Source of the DNA: Candidatus Moanibacter sp.
GTDB lineage: Bacteria; Verrucomicrobiota; Verrucomicrobiia; Opitutales; UBA2987
Assembly (NCBI GenBank): GCA_965215885.1
Contig: CBDCEW010000102.1
Location: forward strand, 32,001-96,000
Length of the DNA stretch: 64,000 nucleotides
Direction: 5' to 3'
Within the stretch, counting starts at the first letter, position 1. Each line of letters starts with the position of its first letter. This document shows, piece by piece, positions 59,758-64,000 of this stretch. The position numbers and the translations under genes were made by a program. The notes under the pieces are model-generated. The model worked only from the letters and a program-made list of their open reading frames with translations. It was not told the origin of the DNA and searched no databases.

Positions 59758-60166
59758 TTGTTGGTGACAATTGATGTTCCTTGGCTGTAGAGTTGAACGA
59801 GCTTATGTCAAATTTACTCAAGAGAGTTATATGTTGTTCAATTCGTAACGATTTACCTGTTGGCAGCACGGGTTATCGGTGCGGCGGCGGCTTACATGGA
59901 CATTGACCGGTTCTACAGAAAAAGAAGAGTAAGCATTCCTACTGTTCTGCGACACATACCCACTGACATTTTCATAATCGCAAACCAAGAAAACAATCCG
60001 ATGGGCTATGGATACGATTGGTGTAGAGTCAACTAAGGAGATGCTGGAAAAACGACGTTCATCCGACCAGAGTTAGATCGGAAGCCTTCGATTTAATTCT
60101 ACCTCCAATCTTTAGTTTGCGCGAGCGTGCTCTCCAAGATCTCGAATCAATGAGTTGATTGTGTGT

Positions 60167-60577
60167 ATGCCCGAAAAGATAAAGAAATCCGATGAAGATT
60201 GGAGGGCGCAACTCACTCCAATGCAGTATAACGTGGCGCGCCAGAAAGGCACCGAGAGGCCCTTCCAGAATGAGTACCACGATAGTAAGGAGCCGGGTAC
60301 GTATCGCTGCGTTTGCTGTCACGCACCACTCTTTAGTGCCGACGAAAAGTTCGATTCCGGTACCGGTTGGCCGAGTTACACCGCTCCCGTCAATGATGAC
60401 GCAATCGCCACCGAAACCGACTCCGGTCTGTTCATGAAACGCACCGAAGTGCTCTGCCGCAAGTGCGATGCCCACCTAGGGCATGTCTTTCCCGATGGCC
60501 CCGCCCCCACCGGACTGCGCTACTGCATCAACTCCGCCGCGCTCGCCTTCGAGCGCGATCCTGCGTCAGACATGTAG
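60167..60577 (+). CDS. msrB: Peptide-methionine (R)-S-oxide reductase
   Basis: [31 protein letters not shown]. Confidence 0.96.
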   Translation: MPEKIKKSDEDWRAQLTPMQYNVARQKGTERPFQNEYHDSKEPGTYRCVCCHAPLFSADEKFDSGTGWPSYTAPVNDDAIATETDSGLFMKRTEVLCRKCDAHLGHVFPDGPAPTGLRYCINSAALAFERDPASDM

Positions 60578-60594
60578 ATATCAGAGGATCGCGA

Positions 60595-61704
60595 ATGCGT
60601 GTTCTCCGTAAGATTCCCACTCCATGGACGCCCTATTCCGTAATGTTCAGCCGGGATGGCGGCCGGCTGGCAATTGGCGGCGGCACATGGTATGGAATGG
60701 GCGGCATCATTTTATCTTCATTATCCAATGAAGACAGGGAGCTCTTTGACTTCAACCGTCCTCCTGAGCATTCGAATGGTGACATTCTGTCGTCTACTGT
60801 TTCCGGTATCTGTTTCACGGGGGATGACCGCCATCTGGCGGCCTCCACTTGGTTTGATCGCCATAACTACGGTCCCACCTACCTCTTTGAGGTCTCCGTG
60901 CTGAGACTGACCCATCGGGAGACCCTTAAATATGCGTGGCACGACGATATTGGAAATCCCTGTCCCACCGGGGTGCTCTTTTACGACCGCCATCTCATTG
61001 TCCGTCACAATGCTACCATCCCTCGTGACGTCATCGCCGTTTGGCCAATGCCACCGGAAATTGCGGTTCAAACGGAAGAAATTCGTCCGCATCTCACAAG
61101 CAGTCGAATGGTGGTCGTTGACGGTGACGTGATAACTGGCGGTGGCGGTTCGCTAAGTCTCGTCGCTTGGCGTATTGATATGGGCATGCAAGAGGAGGGT
61201 AGGGCATGCGGCGGCATGGTTCAGGCAACTCTTCAGTCGCAAGGCGATGATGTTCGGTTTATACCGGTCGCCGATTGCCGTAGGGTTACGGCAATTGTCA
61301 CCGACCGGATCGGGAATGGCATCATAACCGGTGGCCTGGACGGGGAAGTGGATCGCTGGTCAACGGGCAACGACTGGGAGCAGCGACGATTGCAGGAAGT
61401 AAGAACGAAGGATGCTCCGAAGTCCCCTGAACTTGCTTGGGCAACTTATGAACCCGCCAGCATCGTCGGAATCTGCCATCTTTGTAAGAACGATCTGTGG
61501 GTCACTGTGGATGCAGTCGGAGAACTTACCCTATGGCAAAGGGACGAGATTTGTCGTACTTGGCGACTTCCTGAGGCAGGTTCACCCCGATCCATAGCCG
61601 CCCATCCCTTCGAGCCATGGATCGCAGTCGCCATCAAAAAGGGAGGCTTGGGCTGCGCCGAGTCAGCAGTTCTGTTGCTGGATTTGCGCGAGAGCGTCAT
61701 GTGA
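60595..61704 (+). CDS. WD40/beta-propeller-like hypothetical protein
   Basis: FSRDGGRLAIGG, FTGDDRHLAAS, IITGGLDGEVDRW repeats. Confidence 0.65.
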   Translation: MRVLRKIPTPWTPYSVMFSRDGGRLAIGGGTWYGMGGIILSSLSNEDRELFDFNRPPEHSNGDILSSTVSGICFTGDDRHLAASTWFDRHNYGPTYLFEVSVLRLTHRETLKYAWHDDIGNPCPTGVLFYDRHLIVRHNATIPRDVIAVWPMPPEIAVQTEEIRPHLTSSRMVVVDGDVITGGGGSLSLVAWRIDMGMQEEGRACGGMVQATLQSQGDDVRFIPVADCRRVTAIVTDRIGNGIITGGLDGEVDRWSTGNDWEQRRLQEVRTKDAPKSPELAWATYEPASIVGICHLCKNDLWVTVDAVGELTLWQRDEICRTWRLPEAGSPRSIAAHPFEPWIAVAIKKGGLGCAESAVLLLDLRESVM

Positions 61705-61733
61705 GACGGATCGAACTCTACGCAGTTTCATAG

Positions 61734-62585
61734 GTGAACGAAACAGCTGATGCATTCGACTTCCGTGTTTCCGTAGTAATTCCGACTTTTAATCGGCGGA
61801 ACCTCCTATCCAGGGCCCTCGACTCGGTCCTGGGGCAGACTGTTTCACCGGAAGAGACTATCGTGGTCGATGATGGTTCCACCGACGAGACAACGGTCTT
61901 GCTCAACGAAAAGTATCCTTCCGTGCAAGTAGCGATTCAGGAAAATCGGGGGGTCTCCGCGGCGCGAAACACCGGCATAGCGATGGCCCGCTGCGATTGG
62001 CTCGCCTTTCTCGATTCGGACGACGAATGGCTGCCGCGAAAACTGGAAAATCAGCGTAGCGCACTCTCCCGCAATCCGAACATGCTCGTCTGTCATGGCA
62101 ACGACATCTGGGTACGGAACGGAAAGCGGGTGAATCCTCCAAAAAGATACGAAAAGTCCGGCGGGAGGATTTTTCAGAAGTGTCTGCCCGTCTGTGTCAT
62201 ATCGCCATCTGCCGTCATCATCCACCGGCAGATTTTCGATCAAGTCGGTCTCTTTGACGAAGCCCTGCCCGCAGCAGAGGATTACGACATGTGGCTACGC
62301 ATTTGCTCACGATTTCCCGTGCTCTATGTGGAAGAACCACTCATCGTCAAATATGATGGACACCCCGACCAGCTTTCCCACCAGTGGGGAATCGACCGTT
62401 ACCGCATTCAAGCCCTGTGTAAGATCCTCGATTCAGGGCTTCTCAATGCCTCCGATTACGATGCCACGCTCAAGGTCTTAGGCGAAAAGTGCGCTGTTTA
62501 TTCGCACGGCTCAAAAAAACGCGGGAAATATGATGAGGCGGAGAACTACTCCCGAATACCCCAGCGTTACCACACCCGTCGCTAA
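61734..62585 (+). CDS. Glycosyltransferase family 2
   Basis: [35 protein letters not shown]. Confidence 0.93.
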   Translation: MNETADAFDFRVSVVIPTFNRRNLLSRALDSVLGQTVSPEETIVVDDGSTDETTVLLNEKYPSVQVAIQENRGVSAARNTGIAMARCDWLAFLDSDDEWLPRKLENQRSALSRNPNMLVCHGNDIWVRNGKRVNPPKRYEKSGGRIFQKCLPVCVISPSAVIIHRQIFDQVGLFDEALPAAEDYDMWLRICSRFPVLYVEEPLIVKYDGHPDQLSHQWGIDRYRIQALCKILDSGLLNASDYDATLKVLGEKCAVYSHGSKKRGKYDEAENYSRIPQRYHTRR

Positions 62586-62696
62586 GTACTCCAATTCGCA
62601 AATACGATGACGTATGCCGAGGCGATTGTTGCTCATCCTGGCGACATTCGACTTTGACAGACCTCTCAATTTTCCGAATGGTCACCCTTCACGTCT

Positions 62697-63716
62697 ATGG
62701 ACACCTTGACGAGCGAACAGCGCATACAGACGACCTGTCTACTGATCATCAGTGCCTTCGCCATTGGTGTGGCCTTTTACTTCCTGCGGCCCGTCCTCGT
62801 GCCCTTTGTCCTGGCCATCTTTTTTACTTACTGCCTGAGCCCAGTTATCGACCTTCAACGGCGACATCTCAAGATGCCCCGTCTCCTCGCCATCTTCATT
62901 ACCATCGTTCTGGGCTGTCTTATTCTCACCGTTCTGGCAATGGTCGTATCCGCTTCGGTCAGCCAAATGACGGAGCACGCGGAAGATTATCAGGAGCGGC
63001 TCAAGGCGCTGCTCGCCGGATTACCCGTATCGATTCCCCTGGAGAAACTGGGTGTCGAGCCGGCTGCAATTACCAGCACTCTTTTCCAAAATTTTCAATC
63101 TACGGTGGGTGGCATGGTCAGCGGTACAATCAGCGCAATCGTCAACGTCCTCTCCAAAGGTGTGCTCGTTCTTGTCTTTATGATCTTTATGCTTCTCGGA
63201 CGAAAAGAGATGGGAGGCGCCGAGACGGGTCTATGGAGTGAAGTCGAAAAACGCATCCGGAAGTATATTCTCAATATGATGCTCATCTCCGGCGCTACCG
63301 GACTCCTTGTGGGTTCAGCCTTGAGCATCATGGGTGTCGAATTTGCCCTCGTTTTCGGAGTCTCGGCATTTTTCCTCAACTTCATTCCCAGCATCGGTTC
63401 CATTATCGCCACCCTTCTCCCGCTGCCCGTTGTCCTCTTGGATGCAGAGCTCGGTATCCTTCTAAAAATCTTCGCCTTCGCTATTCCGGGACTCATTCAG
63501 TTTTGCATCGGTAATCTTCTTGCCCCGAAGATATTGGGGGACTCCCTCGACCTTCATCCCGTCGCCGTCATCTCCGCATTGATCTTCTTTGGAGTGATTT
63601 GGGGATTTGTGGGCATGTTTCTCGCCACACCAATCACCGCCATTACCAAGATTCTTCTCGAGAAAATGGAGCAGACCCGGCCCGTCGCCGCCCTCCTCGC
63701 CGGCCGCATCGGGTGA
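62697..63716 (+). CDS. AI-2E family transporter
   Basis: LNFIPSIG, PKILGDSLDLHP, WGFVGMFLATP. Confidence 0.92.
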   Translation: MDTLTSEQRIQTTCLLIISAFAIGVAFYFLRPVLVPFVLAIFFTYCLSPVIDLQRRHLKMPRLLAIFITIVLGCLILTVLAMVVSASVSQMTEHAEDYQERLKALLAGLPVSIPLEKLGVEPAAITSTLFQNFQSTVGGMVSGTISAIVNVLSKGVLVLVFMIFMLLGRKEMGGAETGLWSEVEKRIRKYILNMMLISGATGLLVGSALSIMGVEFALVFGVSAFFLNFIPSIGSIIATLLPLPVVLLDAELGILLKIFAFAIPGLIQFCIGNLLAPKILGDSLDLHPVAVISALIFFGVIWGFVGMFLATPITAITKILLEKMEQTRPVAALLAGRIG

Positions 63717-63726
63717 TCTCTCTGGC

Positions 63727-63770
63727 TTGACATGCCCGGATTCTTAATTTTAATGATATTAAATCTCATT
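63727..63770 (+). promoter_or_regulatory. Sigma70 promoter with an overlapping Fur/Per-box-like palindrome
   Basis: TTGACA (63727-63732), TTTAAT (63749-63754), AATGATATTAAATCTCATT (63752-63770). Confidence 0.6.
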
Positions 63771-63828
63771 TACTATTGATTTTTGGTCTCATTCCAAATA
63801 ACTTACGGGTGTATCCACAAATTCAGCT

Positions 63829-64000
63829 ATGAATCTCTCAACAACACAAAGGGAAGTCCTCAATCGAGCACTTGATTATGGGGGATTGCGTTCCACTCGG
63901 CAGCGTGAACATGTATTTGGAGTTTTGCTGGGCAAGCGCGATCATCCGACAGCAGACGAAGTCTACGCCAGGTCGAAGATGGAGATGCCGAGCATATCTC
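63829..64000 (+). CDS. Fur/PerR-family regulator (partial, runs off window end)
   Basis: Manual translation MNLSTTQ...[30 protein letters not shown]. Confidence 0.88.
   Translation, partial: MNLSTTQREVLNRALDYGGLRSTRQREHVFGVLLGKRDHPTADEVYARSKMEMPSIS

Noticed and set aside
59760..60150. Possible small gene or remnant between trxB and msrB
   Set aside because: No convincing ORF, repeat or structure seen.
1..64000. tRNA/rRNA genes, prophage or integrase
   Set aside because: None recognised by eye; tRNAscan-SE and barrnap would be needed to confirm absence.

Overview
Bacterial chromosomal segment of moderate GC. The gene content (DUF5069, SHD1-redoxin, WxxxDPxxA-repeat protein, ECF/anti-sigma/DUF3106, nrdB-nrdA of the class Ic type) suggests Verrucomicrobiota/Opitutales; this is inference. 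The backbone is mostly housekeeping: folC-accD, comF, truA, ruvX, manC, moeB, ptsH, rhlE-like helicase, gluQ, SulP, def, a B12 receptor and binding protein next to metH, cysK, nrdBA with tandem NrdR boxes, tatD, trxB and msrB. Overlaid on it is a dense, nested set of mobile DNA: (1) two copies of a 1.9-kb DDE IS with 6-bp TSDs, both inserted at the same distance from a shared CGACAGGCT motif that is the end of another repeat family; (2) a DUF4338-ISAs1 fusion element with CTAG TSDs; (3) a 2.95-kb two-ORF IS with a 9-bp TSD sitting inside a ~270-bp foldback element; (4) at least three families of CTAG-flanked MITEs that mostly sit on stop codons. The most notable protein-coding oddity is an overlapping gene pair encoding a MotA/ExbB-like channel protein and a partner with an Asp-containing TM helix, a long coiled coil and a degenerate trypsin-like domain. 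Three genes carry single-base lesions (metH TGA, TlpA T-run, ECF sigma N-terminus) that may be assembly errors. All family names come from motif recognition by eye, not from database searches.
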